A stretch of 64,000 bases of DNA from Longimicrobiales bacterium (GCA_965218295.1 CBDCKN010000003.1:256001-320000); one strand, 5' to 3'. Shown: positions 1 to 10,362, counted from the stretch's first letter. The notes: generated by a model not told the origin, from the sequence alone. Numbers and translations: made by a program.

Positions 1-765
1 GTCTACGCTGTGCACCAAAGATGGACTGACGTTGGGCTGCGCCGATCCGTACCCAAGGTTCTCGATCTTCTTGCGCACTCCTTTGTATCGCAAGGAATAA
101 AATAGAAATCGATTATCAATCCGGTTGGGATCGCGAATGGAGAAACGCCCAACTCGCTGGTTTAGTACCGCCGGAAGATCGCGATGCCGAACCATGGCGA
201 TATCGCCTATGTACCCGGTCATGGCGATGAGAATATCGTTGTGCTGAAGCTCAAACTCGCCAGCGTCTGAGGCAACCTGTGGCGACACAAATGAGCAGCC
301 GTCCATGATAAGGCTACCACTCTTCACGTTCTGTATTTTGACAACTGGGATGCCAGTATCAACCCAGTCGCTGCTCTTAAACGCATATCCTGACCGTACG
401 GACGCCACATCGCCAAGACGCACAACATCAAACTGATCCACGATGTCCGGCTCCTCTACTGCCAGCAGCACCACATGCTCACGCTCGATCTTCTTTCGGA
501 ATTGGTCGGGTACGGCATCCCAGACGAACAGGTCTACCCGGAACGGCAGGTTGCTTTCCTCGAATGCTTCCTCAAGGTCGGAAACCCGGCTGGCTTGCTC
601 CGGCGTTGCGAAAACCACCATATCCAGATCAGACTGCGGGCGAGAGGTCCATTTGGCGCGGGATCCATAGACCCACACGGTCGTGTTCGGCAGATGCCGC
701 GCAAGCAGTGCCAGAACGGTTTGGCGCTGTTTGGCGGTAATATCGATCACCCCGTCCATCCCCAT
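1..765 (-). CDS. hsdS: Type I R-M specificity subunit with N-terminal MNT (minimal nucleotidyltransferase) domain; runs off the window edge
   Basis: Not in the ORF track because it is open at the edge. Manual translation from ATG 765 is stop-free to base 1: [48 protein letters not shown] (GSx10DxD)...LPFRVDL, then HsdS-type VRLGDVASVRSGYAFKS...DILIAMTG...NQRVGR...GSAQPNVS. Confidence 0.88.
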   Translation of the reverse strand, partial: MGMDGVIDITAKQRQTVLALLARHLPNTTVWVYGSRAKWTSRPQSDLDMVVFATPEQASRVSDLEEAFEESNLPFRVDLFVWDAVPDQFRKKIEREHVVLLAVEEPDIVDQFDVVRLGDVASVRSGYAFKSSDWVDTGIPVVKIQNVKSGSLIMDGCSFVSPQVASDAGEFELQHNDILIAMTGYIGDIAMVRHRDLPAVLNQRVGRFSIRDPNRIDNRFLFYSLRYKGVRKKIENLGYGSAQPNVSPSLVHSVD

Positions 766-1202
766 GCTTCCCCGCTCATCGTCTGATAGAGTCCGATGGC
801 GTCATCGATGAAGTCCGGTATTATCTCCAGGCAGTCTTGCGCCTTTGTGCCGTCGTAGTCATGAGAAGTACCGATGCGTGCGTCGACGTAGAGCCACCAC
901 TGCTCCAGCGGTGTAGAGAACAGATCGTTCTCGTAGGCAAGCCTGAAAATAGGCTTAGGACTGTTGGGAGGATCTGCGATGCCCAGTTCTTCGATGAGAT
1001 ATCGCTTTAGTACCTTCCACAAGCAGTCATAGCAGGTCTCAAAACGCTGGATCACCGACTCAGCGATGCCTTCCTGGTTCAGGACAGGCAGAGAGGTATC
1101 CAGGTTCCGGTAGTTGGCATGCTGTTCCTCAAGACGTGCAAGGGACATTTGAAACTTTTCATATTCGATCATGGCTAATGCCTCTGCTCCTTCACGCTTC
1201 AT
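747..1202 (-). CDS. HEPN-domain protein (HI0074/nucleotidyltransferase substrate-binding family), putative RNase toxin
   Basis: Contains [11 protein letters not shown] and RIGTSHDY (Rx4HxY). Overlaps the hsdM stop by 4 nt and the MNT-hsdS start by 19 nt. Confidence 0.85.
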   Translation of the reverse strand: MKREGAEALAMIEYEKFQMSLARLEEQHANYRNLDTSLPVLNQEGIAESVIQRFETCYDCLWKVLKRYLIEELGIADPPNSPKPIFRLAYENDLFSTPLEQWWLYVDARIGTSHDYDGTKAQDCLEIIPDFIDDAIGLYQTMSGEAWGWTG

Positions 1203-2749
1203 TCATCGCTAGCGAATCCAAAGATCGTAAGATTGGCTTCGATGGCGTCGTCCAGCTTCGCGCCTTTGGCCTGTTGCTCGCGAAACTCGGCGACCAGTCG
1301 TTTCATCTTGTCCTCGAACGGCTCACCGTCGTCCTCTTGGGGCTCCACGCCGACATAGCGGCCAGGCGTCAGCACATGGCCGTGCCTACTCACCTCCTCC
1401 AGTGCCGTGCTCTTGCAAAAGCCGGGAATGTCGGCGTAGCCGTCGTCCTCCTCTCCCCTGCGCCAAGCATGGTAGGTGTCGGCGATGCGGGTAATGTCTT
1501 TGTCAGTAAGCTCGCGGTGCGTCCGGTCCACCATCCGGCCGAGCTTCCTCGCGTCGATGAACAGGATCTCGCCCTGGCGCTTGCGTCGGCGCGCCAGGAA
1601 CCACAGGCAGGCGGGAATCTGAGTCGAGTAGAAGAGCTGGCCCGGAAGGGCCACCATGCAGTCCACTAGCTCCGCCTCGATCAGGTTCTTCCGGATCTCT
1701 CCCTCACCCGACTGATTCGACGACATCGACCCGTTGGCGAGCACGAACCCCGCAACGCCCTTGGGCGCGAGGTGGTGGACCATGTGCTGGACCCATGCGA
1801 AGTTGGCGTTGCCCTTCGGCGGGATGCCGTAGCGCCAGCGCTTGTCCTCGACCAGCCTGTCGCCTCCCCAGTCCGAGACGTTAAACGGGGGATTGGCGAG
1901 GATGAAATCGGCCTTCAGGTCCGGATGGCGGTCGTTATAGAAGCTGTCGCCGTGGGCGATCTGTCCCCCAATGCCTCGTATGGCCAAGTTCATCTTCGCG
2001 AGCCGCCACGTCGTGTAATTCGACTCCTGCCCGTAGATCGAGATGTCGCCGCGCGCCTTGCCGCCGTTGCCGTTTCCGCTGGAGTGGGCGCGAATGAACT
2101 CGATCGACTGCACGAACATGCCCGAGGACCCGCAGCAGGGATCGTAGACCCGCCCCCGGTAGGGCTCCAGCATCTCGACGAGCAGCTTGACGACGCAACG
2201 CGGGGTATAGAACTCACCGCCCCTCTTGCCCTCGGCACTCGCGAACTGTGAGAGGAAGTACTCGTAGACGCGGCCGAGCACGTCTCGGGAGCGGGCTTCG
2301 GCGTCCCCGACGCGGATGTTGCCGATCATGTCGATCAACTGGCCGAGCCGCTGCTTGTCCAGGGCGGGCCGCGCGTAGTCCTTGGGCAGCACCTCCTTCA
2401 GCGCCGGGTTGTCGCGCTCGATCGCGGCCATGGCCCGATCGACGGTCTGTCCAATGGTCGACTGCCTCGCCTGGGCCTTCAGGTGTGGCCAGCGGGCTTC
2501 CCGCGGCACCCAGAAGATGTTTTCGGCGATGTACTCGTCGCGGTCCTCTGCGGCCTCGTCCCCCCACTTTGCCAACACCGCCTCGTGGCGCTCCTCGAAG
2601 GCGTCCGAGATGTACTTCAGAAAGATGAGCCCGAGCACGACATGCTTGTACTCGGCGGCATCCATCGAGCCGCGTAGCGCATCGGCCATCGCCCACAGCT
2701 CGGCCTCGTAGCCGGTCGTGGCTCCGCTGTCGTTTTGCGTGCCTGCCAT
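1199..2749 (-). CDS. hsdM: Type I R-M DNA methyltransferase subunit
   Basis: [20 protein letters not shown]-terminus, [16 protein letters not shown] and NPPF motifs. Start trimmed to MAGTQ (2749); 2767 is an alternative. Confidence 0.95.
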   Translation of the reverse strand: MAGTQNDSGATTGYEAELWAMADALRGSMDAAEYKHVVLGLIFLKYISDAFEERHEAVLAKWGDEAAEDRDEYIAENIFWVPREARWPHLKAQARQSTIGQTVDRAMAAIERDNPALKEVLPKDYARPALDKQRLGQLIDMIGNIRVGDAEARSRDVLGRVYEYFLSQFASAEGKRGGEFYTPRCVVKLLVEMLEPYRGRVYDPCCGSSGMFVQSIEFIRAHSSGNGNGGKARGDISIYGQESNYTTWRLAKMNLAIRGIGGQIAHGDSFYNDRHPDLKADFILANPPFNVSDWGGDRLVEDKRWRYGIPPKGNANFAWVQHMVHHLAPKGVAGFVLANGSMSSNQSGEGEIRKNLIEAELVDCMVALPGQLFYSTQIPACLWFLARRRKRQGEILFIDARKLGRMVDRTHRELTDKDITRIADTYHAWRRGEEDDGYADIPGFCKSTALEEVSRHGHVLTPGRYVGVEPQEDDGEPFEDKMKRLVAEFREQQAKGAKLDDAIEANLTIFGFASDE

Positions 2750-2982
2750 TGCTGTCGCGGTCCTCATTCTTCGTCGCTGTGGAGGAACTTGGGGAGCTGG
2801 GTCGTAAGCAAAGATACGACATGGCATCTGTCCTGCCATCGCAGGGATCGCCGACGCAGGGTGTCCCATGCCCGGCGGACCTGCGCTGCGCAGGGATCGA
2901 CTAGTCCGGAAACCGGCGGAGAACACCGTTGAATGATAGGAGATTGGGTGCCGGGCACGATCTCGGCCGATCCCGGGAACCA

Positions 2983-4503
2983 TCACCGGCTCGGGCCATG
3001 ATCGCGCTCTGGGCCGCGCCGGCGCATCATCTCCAGCGCGCGCGCAACGTCTCGGCGAGCTTCTTGTAGTATTCGGCCAAGCGTGTCATCCGTCCGTCGA
3101 GCCGCTCGATTTGCCTCTGCAAGGTTTCGCTCTGCACGGCCTGCCGCTCGACACGCCGCCTCAAGGCTTCGACCTGCTCTGAGTGCCGCCGCTGTTCCGT
3201 CTCGCACTGCGCGGACAACCTCTCCAAGGCCGCCGTCAACTGCCGTTCCAACTCGGTCATACAGCCTCCTCACTCTCTCGACAGCTTCACGTAGGGCCGA
3301 TCGCGCACGGTCCAGGGCGGATAGGCCAGCGTGCCGGCCGGCAGCACCACGAACCGCTCCCCCTCGATCTCCCGGAGCGCGATCCCCCAAGTGTCCTTCT
3401 CGAACTGAGCCAGCGTCTGCCGGGCCTCCTCGATGTCCCGGTCGAGTTCGGCGACCGTCTCGATCCGGACTTGGATGCGCGTCCACAACCAGTGCATCGT
3501 CGCCCAGCTTCCGCCGCAGATACCGAGCCAGAGGCTCAGGCCGACCACCAGGGGCCGGAGCCATGCCCTCAGCAACAGCGCGCGCATCCGCCCAGTCGCC
3601 GCCTCCGTATCGCGCTCGATGGTACGCAGCGCGTTCCTCGCGACGCGCCGCGAGTTCTCGCCAAGCCGATCGAGCTCGTCCGCGGTCAATCCCTCGATCT
3701 CCCGGCGTTCCCTCTCCAGCCGCTTCCGCAGCCGGTCGGTCAAGCCGCTCACGCTTGAAGTCATGGGCGTACAGCTCTCCTTTCAGACGCCACCGGTCCC
3801 CGGTCGCGGGGTACAGCGCCGTCAGGTAGTCCTTTCCTTGGCGCGGCACTTCGAGGCCCGCCTCCTGCAAGGCGGTGACGACATCGGCCCGGTTCCGCAC
3901 CGTGCCGTGCTCGACACGCTGGAGCAGGTAGTCGTGGATCAGGTCGCGGGGGGAGGATTCGAGCCCGAGCCCGGCCCGCAGCCGCGCCGCCTCGATGTAG
4001 GCGCGGTGTCCGGGTTGCTGCACCCTGGCCCGCGCCGGATCGTCGGGCCGGCTCCAGCCGTGTTCGGCGTTGACGGCGTCGCGCAGCGGACCGAAGGTCT
4101 TCTCCCAGCCGGGCGGCGCGATGTTGAGGCTCCGGCCGGTCTCCAGGTCGCAGCGCGCGGCCAGGACATGCACGTGAGCGCCGCCGCCGCGCTCGCGATG
4201 CAACACGGCCGCCCAGGCGTAGCGGTCGGGCTCCAGCCTCGCCCAGGCTGTCCGCTCGAACTCATCCAGAACCTCGCCGATCTGGTCGTCGGTCGGAGCG
4301 TCTTCCGGCGCCCAGGCGATTACGCCCGATGTGTACTTGTGCTCGAACGCCAGCGCGTCCGCCACGGCGGCCACCTGGTGGGGATTTCCCCGGAGGACCT
4401 CGACGCCTTCGCGCGGCTTCCCGGCCGCGTCCCGCCCACCGAGAAGGTAGTCGGCCGCCGCACGGGCCGAGCCGGTCCCGCGGGCCAGGAACTTAATGAG
4501 CAT
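2983..4503 (-). CDS. Relaxase, ColE1 MbeA/MobA-like
   Basis: [27 protein letters not shown] and [11 protein letters not shown] motifs. Lies downstream of mobC and contains nested mobB/mobD. Confidence 0.9.
   Translation of the reverse strand: MLIKFLARGTGSARAAADYLLGGRDAAGKPREGVEVLRGNPHQVAAVADALAFEHKYTSGVIAWAPEDAPTDDQIGEVLDEFERTAWARLEPDRYAWAAVLHRERGGGAHVHVLAARCDLETGRSLNIAPPGWEKTFGPLRDAVNAEHGWSRPDDPARARVQQPGHRAYIEAARLRAGLGLESSPRDLIHDYLLQRVEHGTVRNRADVVTALQEAGLEVPRQGKDYLTALYPATGDRWRLKGELYAHDFKRERLDRPAAEAAGEGTPGDRGIDRGRARSAWRELAARREERAAYHRARYGGGDWADARAVAEGMAPAPGGRPEPLARYLRRKLGDDALVVDAHPSPDRDGRRTRPGHRGGPADAGSVREGHLGDRAPGDRGGAVRGAAGRHAGLSALDRARSALREAVERVRRLYDRVGTAVDGGLGEVVRAVRDGTAAALRAGRSLEAACRAAGRAERNLAEANRAARRTDDTLGRILQEARRDVARALEMMRRRGPERDHGPSR
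3027..3260 (-). CDS. MbeD/MobD-like coiled-coil protein nested in the relaxase
   Basis: [15 protein letters not shown] start resembles MbeD. Its position matches the ColE1 mob layout. Confidence 0.7.
   Translation of the reverse strand: MTELERQLTAALERLSAQCETEQRRHSEQVEALRRRVERQAVQSETLQRQIERLDGRMTRLAEYYKKLAETLRARWR
3270..3764 (-). CDS. MbeB/MobB-like mobilisation protein nested in the relaxase
   Basis: Coiled coil plus one TM segment in an alternate frame. Conserved in the second copy at 34809-35303. Confidence 0.75.
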   Translation of the reverse strand: MTSSVSGLTDRLRKRLERERREIEGLTADELDRLGENSRRVARNALRTIERDTEAATGRMRALLLRAWLRPLVVGLSLWLGICGGSWATMHWLWTRIQVRIETVAELDRDIEEARQTLAQFEKDTWGIALREIEGERFVVLPAGTLAYPPWTVRDRPYVKLSRE

Positions 4504-4831
4504 CGCGATCCGGGAACCCGACGGGGGCCAGCGCCGCGAGCGCCCGCTCGATGGCGATGAGGTGGCCGGTCACCTCGACGGCCTCGACCGCCCCCTTGTG
4601 GGTATTGGCCCAGCGGGCGATCTGGTTGAGGTTGTTGCCGATGCGCGCCAGCTCGCGGGTGCGCTCGCGCTCCACCTCGGCGTGCGGCACGGTCCAGGTG
4701 CGCACCCGGCCAACCGACCGGCGCACCAGATCCGACAGCGTCAAGCCTGCGGAACGCGCCTTGGCGTGCCACTCGGCACGCTCCGCTTCGCTGGCGCGGA
4801 TCTTCACCCACACGGCGCGTCCAGCGTTCAT
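4493..4831 (-). CDS. mobC: MobC relaxosome protein
   Basis: RHH-like N-terminus and ELARIGNNLNQIAR motif. Confidence 0.92.
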   Translation of the reverse strand: MNAGRAVWVKIRASEAERAEWHAKARSAGLTLSDLVRRSVGRVRTWTVPHAEVERERTRELARIGNNLNQIARWANTHKGAVEAVEVTGHLIAIERALAALAPVGFPDRDAH

Positions 4832-4877
4832 GACGTGCCGTTGCCGTTCGGGGGGTCCAGAGGGGGCACAGCCCCCC

Positions 4878-4932
4878 GCCAGCCCCTGCCGGGGACCCGC
4901 GAAGCGTGGGCCCCAAAGGGTATGCTGGCTTA
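4878..4932. other. Putative oriT (copy 1)
   Basis: Inverted repeat GCCAGCCCC...GGGTATGCTGGC ending in CTGGCTTA, like the ColE1 nic (TATACTGG^CTTA). Sits just upstream of mobC. Confidence 0.72.
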
Positions 4933-5135
4933 CGCGCCTTAGACGCGGCCGACAAGCTCGTGCGCCGCAGCTGCGGGCGCACCGAAGCTCGACGGAAATC
5001 GGGCGGCCCCCCGGTCCTCAACACGCCGACCGTCGAGGGCGAGCCGTTGCAGCTGTTTGGCGCGGAACGCCCCACTCGCCGCCTCCGCCCGCCCGCGCCG
5101 TGGCTCTCGGCCCCGGCATCCTCGCGCGGTTCCGC

Positions 5136-5366
5136 CTAAGCGCCGTCATCCCGGCTCTCCTCGATGCGCTCGCGCATCCATTCGTCCACCTCCCCCTCGA
5201 TCCAGCCCACGGCGCGCGATCCCAGCGAGACCGGGCGGGGGAAGCACCCCTGGTCCAGCCGCACATAGATCGTGCTCCGCGCCAGACCCGTGCGGGCCTT
5301 CACCTCCGGCAGCCGCAGGAACCGGGTCGGCGGGTTCGTTCTCTGTTCCATCGGTTGTTCACTCAT
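5136..5366 (-). CDS. AlpA family regulator/excisionase
   Basis: FLRLPEVKARTGLARSTIY...FPRPVSLGSRAVGW motif. Start at MSEQ. Confidence 0.92.
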   Translation of the reverse strand: MSEQPMEQRTNPPTRFLRLPEVKARTGLARSTIYVRLDQGCFPRPVSLGSRAVGWIEGEVDEWMRERIEESRDDGA

Positions 5367-5643
5367 CGCTCTGATCCTCCTCGTTCTCTTCGTGCGTGAC
5401 GTAGGCGTCCGGTGCCGATGGCGACGGGGGCGGCGCCCGCGGGCCACCCGAGCCCCCGTCGTAGTCGTCGATGAACGCCAGAACCCGGTCCGCCGTCCTC
5501 AGCGACATGGAGCGTCCGCCCTCGATCTGGCGCATCAGATTCGGATCGCCCAACGCCTTCATGCCGAACGTCGTCGGCCTCAGGCCCGTGCGCCCGAGGA
5601 AGGCGCTCACGCGCGAATTGAACTGCCGCTCCAGCGTCTCCAT
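5359..5643 (-). CDS. Cro-like HTH protein
   Basis: FLGRTGLRPTTFGMKALGDPNLMRQIEGGRS..LRTADRV. A homolog lies at 44147. Confidence 0.75.
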   Translation of the reverse strand: METLERQFNSRVSAFLGRTGLRPTTFGMKALGDPNLMRQIEGGRSMSLRTADRVLAFIDDYDGGSGGPRAPPPSPSAPDAYVTHEENEEDQSDE

Positions 5644-5790
5644 GCCCGAAACGTTGAGGAGCCGTCTTGGTGGACGTCAACCCTTAGGAAATCTCCTAAA
5701 GGCTTGTAGCGGCTAGAGATAGCCAGTACGGTACGCGAGCTGTTGGACACCGCCGCCAGTGGCATGGCGGACACCCCCTCCGCAGCGCTC
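5644..5790 (-). promoter_or_regulatory. Conserved leader with palindromic operator and TTGAC -35 (copy 1 of 3)
   Basis: Palindrome TTAGGAGATTTCCTAA followed by GGGTTGAC. Homologous to 31520-31675 and 44000-44146. Confidence 0.6.
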
Positions 5791-6071
5791 GCCAGAGGTT
5801 CCCGTCAAGGGTCTTGGAGATCGGTCGGGAGGCCGTCTGGTTGGGCGATAGTGAGGGAGGGAGACTGAGTAAGAACGGCCTCGTCGTTCTCCGCGAAGCG
5901 CTCGGGCAGGCTCCCCGTACTGAGCCGAGCCACGGAGACTACCTTCAGCGCATGGTCCAACGCGGCGATCCAATGATGGATCCCTTTGCCGAGAGCGGTG
6001 TGGGAGTGGCAAGGTCCATCCAATGCAGGCAATTCGGTCGCGTCATCGCTCCGACCGACCGGCCGGCTCCA

Positions 6072-7268
6072 TTAGGCCGCTCCGGTCGGCACCCACGGTG
6101 GCACTGCGCTACTGATGTATTCGCACCACGCCTGAAGGACTTCGGCGCGGCGCTCCAGCAGGTCGGATCGCTGATACGCCTGAACAACCCGGCTTCTCGG
6201 GACGTGGGCGAGGCAGGCTTCCGCGACCTCCGCCGGGACGCCCGATTCGGCCATCCACGACCGCGCGCTCGACCGGAACCCGTGCAGCGTCGAGTCCACC
6301 CCGGCACCCCGAAGCACGCGCCCCGGCGCGTTCACGGCCAGCGGCCCGCCCGACCTCGACGGAAACACCAGCGCCGACTCACCGGACAGCGCGCGCGCCC
6401 GTTCGAGCACATCGAGCGCGCCCGTGCTCAACGGCACGGTGAACTCCCGGCCCGCCTTCATCCTCAACGCCGGAATCGTCCACCGCGCCGACTCCAGGTC
6501 GATCTCATCCCAGCGCGCCCCGCGCGCCTCTCCGCCCCGAACGGCGGTCAGCACGATCAGTTCCACACACAACGCAGCCGCCGAGGGCGCATCCCCCAAC
6601 CGCCGGATCGCCCGGAGCGCCGTCCGGACCTCCTTGTGCGGAAGCGCGCGATAGTGCTCCGGCCCGGTGCCGTTCACCCTCGGCAGCGCCGCCACCGCCC
6701 GGTCCACCGGATTGTCCGGGCGGTAGTTCCGGCCGATGCACCAGCGAAAGACGGCGGAGATCCGGTGCCGGGCCTTCCGCCCGGCGGCGGGCTTCGAGTT
6801 CCAGATTGGTGTGAGGCAGCGGAGTACGTCCGCGCTCGTGATCCGGTCCGCAGGCTTGTCCAGCAGCGGGGCGGCATGCAGACGAAATGTCGACTCCCAC
6901 TGCTCGGGAAGCGGGCTCCCAGCCTTCCACGCGTCGCGGTGAAGCTCGATGGTCCTTTCGGCGGCATCGGCGAACGTCGGGACGCCGCGTCCTCCGCGCG
7001 GGTCTTGGCCCAAGCGGACGCCCCGGCTGTTGTCCAGCGCCTTCTGCCGGGCCTCGGCGAGCGTCACCTCGGGATACGGCCCGAGCCCGATCGAGGTGAG
7101 CCGTCCGTCGATCCTGACGCGTTGCCGCCACGTCTTCGTGATCCGGCCGCTAGCCGTCCGGTGGACCCGGAGACTCAGCCCCCGCCCGCCGCGTCCGTCG
7201 CCGTAGACTCCGGGTCGGCCGACCGTCCGAACGAACGCGGCGGTGAGTGTCCTCGGTCGCTTGGTCAT
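6072..7268 (-). CDS. P4-like tyrosine integrase with Arm DNA-binding domain
   Basis: YGDGRGGRGLSLRV..GLGPYPEVTLAEAR arm domain, LTAVRGGE, HGFRSS, LAH, AYQRSD. Start at MTKRPR. Confidence 0.95.
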   Translation of the reverse strand: MTKRPRTLTAAFVRTVGRPGVYGDGRGGRGLSLRVHRTASGRITKTWRQRVRIDGRLTSIGLGPYPEVTLAEARQKALDNSRGVRLGQDPRGGRGVPTFADAAERTIELHRDAWKAGSPLPEQWESTFRLHAAPLLDKPADRITSADVLRCLTPIWNSKPAAGRKARHRISAVFRWCIGRNYRPDNPVDRAVAALPRVNGTGPEHYRALPHKEVRTALRAIRRLGDAPSAAALCVELIVLTAVRGGEARGARWDEIDLESARWTIPALRMKAGREFTVPLSTGALDVLERARALSGESALVFPSRSGGPLAVNAPGRVLRGAGVDSTLHGFRSSARSWMAESGVPAEVAEACLAHVPRSRVVQAYQRSDLLERRAEVLQAWCEYISSAVPPWVPTGAA

Positions 7269-7739
7269 GGCTTCCTTCTTTGGTGGTGTATCACTTTGTG
7301 CCTCACTACATAAAGAAGAATACACCGGATGCCAATGGAATACAAGAGGACAGTTCTACCGGGCGTCACGCTGAAACCATTGCAATACAGGATGTTACGG
7401 GACTTCTAGTGGACTACTGTGGATCGCCTCGGATCATGACTGGAGAGTTCAACCAGGACTGCACGATCTGCCGCACTTGCCGTCCTACCATACCTGATGC
7501 TGCCGTGCTTAAAGGGCGAGAAAACGGCATCAAATGGCGGGACACGAAATGGCAACAGCCTGGGCTATCAGGCAATCGGGGCGAGGGCGGACCGGTCGGT
7601 GGCGCACTGGACAGGCTGCCCTATAGCGACTTGTAGTAGTCACGAATCTTGACGGCCATCAGAAGTCTGCGAGTAAGGGTTACCTCAGGGGGTTAAAGTG
7701 CCCGGAAAGGAGTGGTGGTCTCTGTTCTGGCTTTCGGGC

Positions 7740-7900
7740 CTACCGCGTCGCCGCGCCCGTGCAGCTCTCCTCGTTCACGCGCAGGTACTCCAGGACGAAG
7801 GTGTCCACGGACTCTGACAAGCCTTGCATGGTGGAGGCAGCGCGTTCCGCGCCGCCGCTGTGCGTCCCGATGAAGCTATCCGTCCGCACATCGGGGATGC
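7740..7900 (-). pseudogene. 3' fragment of a hypothetical gene
   Basis: Minus strand reads ...GLSESVDTFVLEYLRVNEESCTGAATR* with no clear start. Confidence 0.35.
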
Positions 7901-8123
7901 CGACGGGCCAAGGCCGCCGCCGTGATCACCGACGCACATCAAGAATCCTGGCTATCTCGCACGGCATCTCAGAAAGGGCGCCATGCTGGACAGCGATCCC
8001 GGCCTAGTGGTAGACTGACGATCCCCTCAAGCCAACGTGAGGAACCCCTCCTACGGCAGCGAATGGGACCTACCCACAACGTTCACACACGTCTTGCCCC
8101 TAAACCCTTAGGAGGGCGGAACC

Positions 8124-9890
8124 ATGGCATTTCAGATTCCGATCACGATCAAGGAGGCGATCGACCACATTCACAACAACCGTTACCTGCTTCCGGCCAT
8201 TCAACGGGAGTTCGTTTGGCAGCCGTCTCAGATCGAACGGCTCTTCGACAGCCTCATGCGCGGCTATCCGATCGGATCGTTCCTGTTCTGGCGAGTCGAT
8301 CCCGAAACTGCGAAGGACTACAGGTTCTACAAGTTCATCACCGATTACGATCAACAGGAACCCCACAACCAACCCCATGGGGCGCCTGCGGCCGTGCCTG
8401 GCCTGAAGGCGGTGCTCGACGGGCAGCAACGCCTCACGGCGCTGAATGTCGGGCTGTGCGGGTCCGGTAAGTGGAAGCTTCCCCGCCTATGGTGGAAGAA
8501 CCGGTGCGCTTGGCCGGAACGACAGCTCCACCTCAATCTCCTCGCGCCTCCGACGGAGGACGAAGAGGAACTCTCGTACAAGTTCCGCCTCCTCCCGCCC
8601 AAACCTGACCCGCAGGGCTGCAAACACTGGTCCCTGCACGCCCAACGCCGGAACGACCACGAATATTGGTACCGCGTGGGAGATATCCTCGGTTTCGAGG
8701 ATGCCGCGGACCTGATCGACGTCGTCTTCGACCTTGGGCTCGTGGATACAAAGAAGCCTCTGAGAATGCTCACCAGGCTCCACCACGTCGTTCACAGCGA
8801 TGGCATCGTCTCGGCCTACGAAGAGGCAGACCAGGACCCCGAAAAGGTCCTCAACATCTTCGTTCGCACCAACAGCGGCGGCACGTCGCTGTCCTACTCG
8901 GACATGCTCCTCAGCATGGTAGTGGCCCAGTGGGAAGACGCGCGCAAGGAGATTCACGAGCTCGTTGACGAAATCAGGGGCATCGGCAGGGGCTTCTCTT
9001 TCAATCACGACTTCGTGCTTAAGGCTTGCCTGATGCTCGGCGACAGCGACAGCATCCGATTCAAGGTCGTGAACTTCAGAAAGTCGAAGATCGGCACCCT
9101 GCAGCACCAATGGCATCATATCAGGAGAGCCATCACAGAAACGGTGGAGCTCGCATCCTCGTTCGGCTACTCTGGACAAAGTCTGGCATCGGCAAACGCC
9201 CTGTTGCCGATCGCCTACCATCTCCACCGCCGGCAGCAATCGTTGGGTGCCGAGGACCTCAAGACGATTCGCGACTGGCTGATTCGCTCGCTGCTGAAGC
9301 GCGGGATATGGAGCAGCGGCGCTGACAGCCTGCTGATGGCAATCCGCAAGGCAATGCAGCGGAGTTCCTCCCACAACGGTTTTCCGGCTCGCGCGATCGA
9401 GGAGGAGATGCGTACGCGTGGCAAGGGGCTGACTTTCGACGATGAGGAACTCCAAGACCTGGCCGACGCCGCGTACGATGGAAGGGCCTACAGCCTCCTG
9501 TTTCTCCTGTACGATTTCGTCGACGTAGCCACGAACCGCTTCCACATCGACCATGTCTTCCCGCGCGCGCTGATGACCCCGGCGCGCCTGAAGAAGGCCG
9601 GCGTCCACGAGGAAAAGATCCCCGAGTATCTGGATCGGGTGAACCGCCTGGCCAACCTCCAACTCCTCGAGGGAAAGATTAACATGATCAAGGGCGCCAA
9701 GCTGCCTGCCGACTGGCTGCGCGAGCAGTACTCCGAGGAAACAAGGCTGAATCACTGCCACCTGCACGATCTGGGCGACGTTCCAACCGAAGTCACGGGT
9801 TTCCTGGACTTCTACGAGACACGCCGAACCCGTATCCTGGACAAGCTGCGCCGCCTACTCGTTTCCGACAGCACGGAGAACCCGGACTAG
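8124..9890 (+). CDS. GmrSD-type (DUF262 + DUF1524/HNH) modification-dependent restriction protein
   Basis: LPAIQREFVW, LDGQQRLT, IFVRTNSGG and C-terminal HIDHVFP...NRLANLQLL. Confidence 0.9.
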   Translation: MAFQIPITIKEAIDHIHNNRYLLPAIQREFVWQPSQIERLFDSLMRGYPIGSFLFWRVDPETAKDYRFYKFITDYDQQEPHNQPHGAPAAVPGLKAVLDGQQRLTALNVGLCGSGKWKLPRLWWKNRCAWPERQLHLNLLAPPTEDEEELSYKFRLLPPKPDPQGCKHWSLHAQRRNDHEYWYRVGDILGFEDAADLIDVVFDLGLVDTKKPLRMLTRLHHVVHSDGIVSAYEEADQDPEKVLNIFVRTNSGGTSLSYSDMLLSMVVAQWEDARKEIHELVDEIRGIGRGFSFNHDFVLKACLMLGDSDSIRFKVVNFRKSKIGTLQHQWHHIRRAITETVELASSFGYSGQSLASANALLPIAYHLHRRQQSLGAEDLKTIRDWLIRSLLKRGIWSSGADSLLMAIRKAMQRSSSHNGFPARAIEEEMRTRGKGLTFDDEELQDLADAAYDGRAYSLLFLLYDFVDVATNRFHIDHVFPRALMTPARLKKAGVHEEKIPEYLDRVNRLANLQLLEGKINMIKGAKLPADWLREQYSEETRLNHCHLHDLGDVPTEVTGFLDFYETRRTRILDKLRRLLVSDSTENPD

Positions 9891-9963
9891 CACGGCTGGC
9901 AGCCAGAAGGGCTGTCCCAGTGCGGCAGGGCTGGCGAGGCTCGCTTTACCAAGCGAAAGGACC

Positions 9964-10362
9964 GTGAGAATTCTGGAAAACCTGAAGATCACTGAGTTGA
10001 TCGACCGCGCGACGTGGCGGGAAGCCGTCACCTACCGGGACACATGGCCCCATGAATACGTCCTCAGCCGCAAGGACGGCCAGCATGAATTGGTCGAGCT
10101 GGTTGTTGCCCGCTTCCGGGCTGGGGAGGGTGTCGCCGGCACTTTCTTCGGCAGGCCGAACACCTATTTGTTCATCGGCGACTACAATTACTGGCTCATG
10201 ACTCACTGGGACGCGGTCAACCTCGACGACGGGCAGGACTACGTGCTGAACCGAGCGCGCCTGTATCGCGACCGTCGTGACTTCGTCATTCAGACTGGCG
10301 ATACCGGGAAGCGCGAGGACTACCCCGCCAAACCGTCGAGGTCAATTCACCGCGCCGACTGA
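9964..10362 (+). CDS. Hypothetical protein
   Basis: Globular-looking 132-aa ORF (WREAVTYRDTWPHEY) co-oriented downstream of GmrSD. Confidence 0.65.
   Translation: MRILENLKITELIDRATWREAVTYRDTWPHEYVLSRKDGQHELVELVVARFRAGEGVAGTFFGRPNTYLFIGDYNYWLMTHWDAVNLDDGQDYVLNRARLYRDRRDFVIQTGDTGKREDYPAKPSRSIHRAD

Noticed and set aside
5814..7313. Long antisense/shadow ORFs (also 8487-9767, 18587-19987, 41661-43007, 54692-56860)
   Set aside because: They overlap well-supported genes, have no motifs and are expected at high GC.
7300..7700. tRNA/tmRNA attachment site upstream of the integrase
   Set aside because: No cloverleaf or tRNA 3' end was recognisable, and no matching direct repeat was found in the window.
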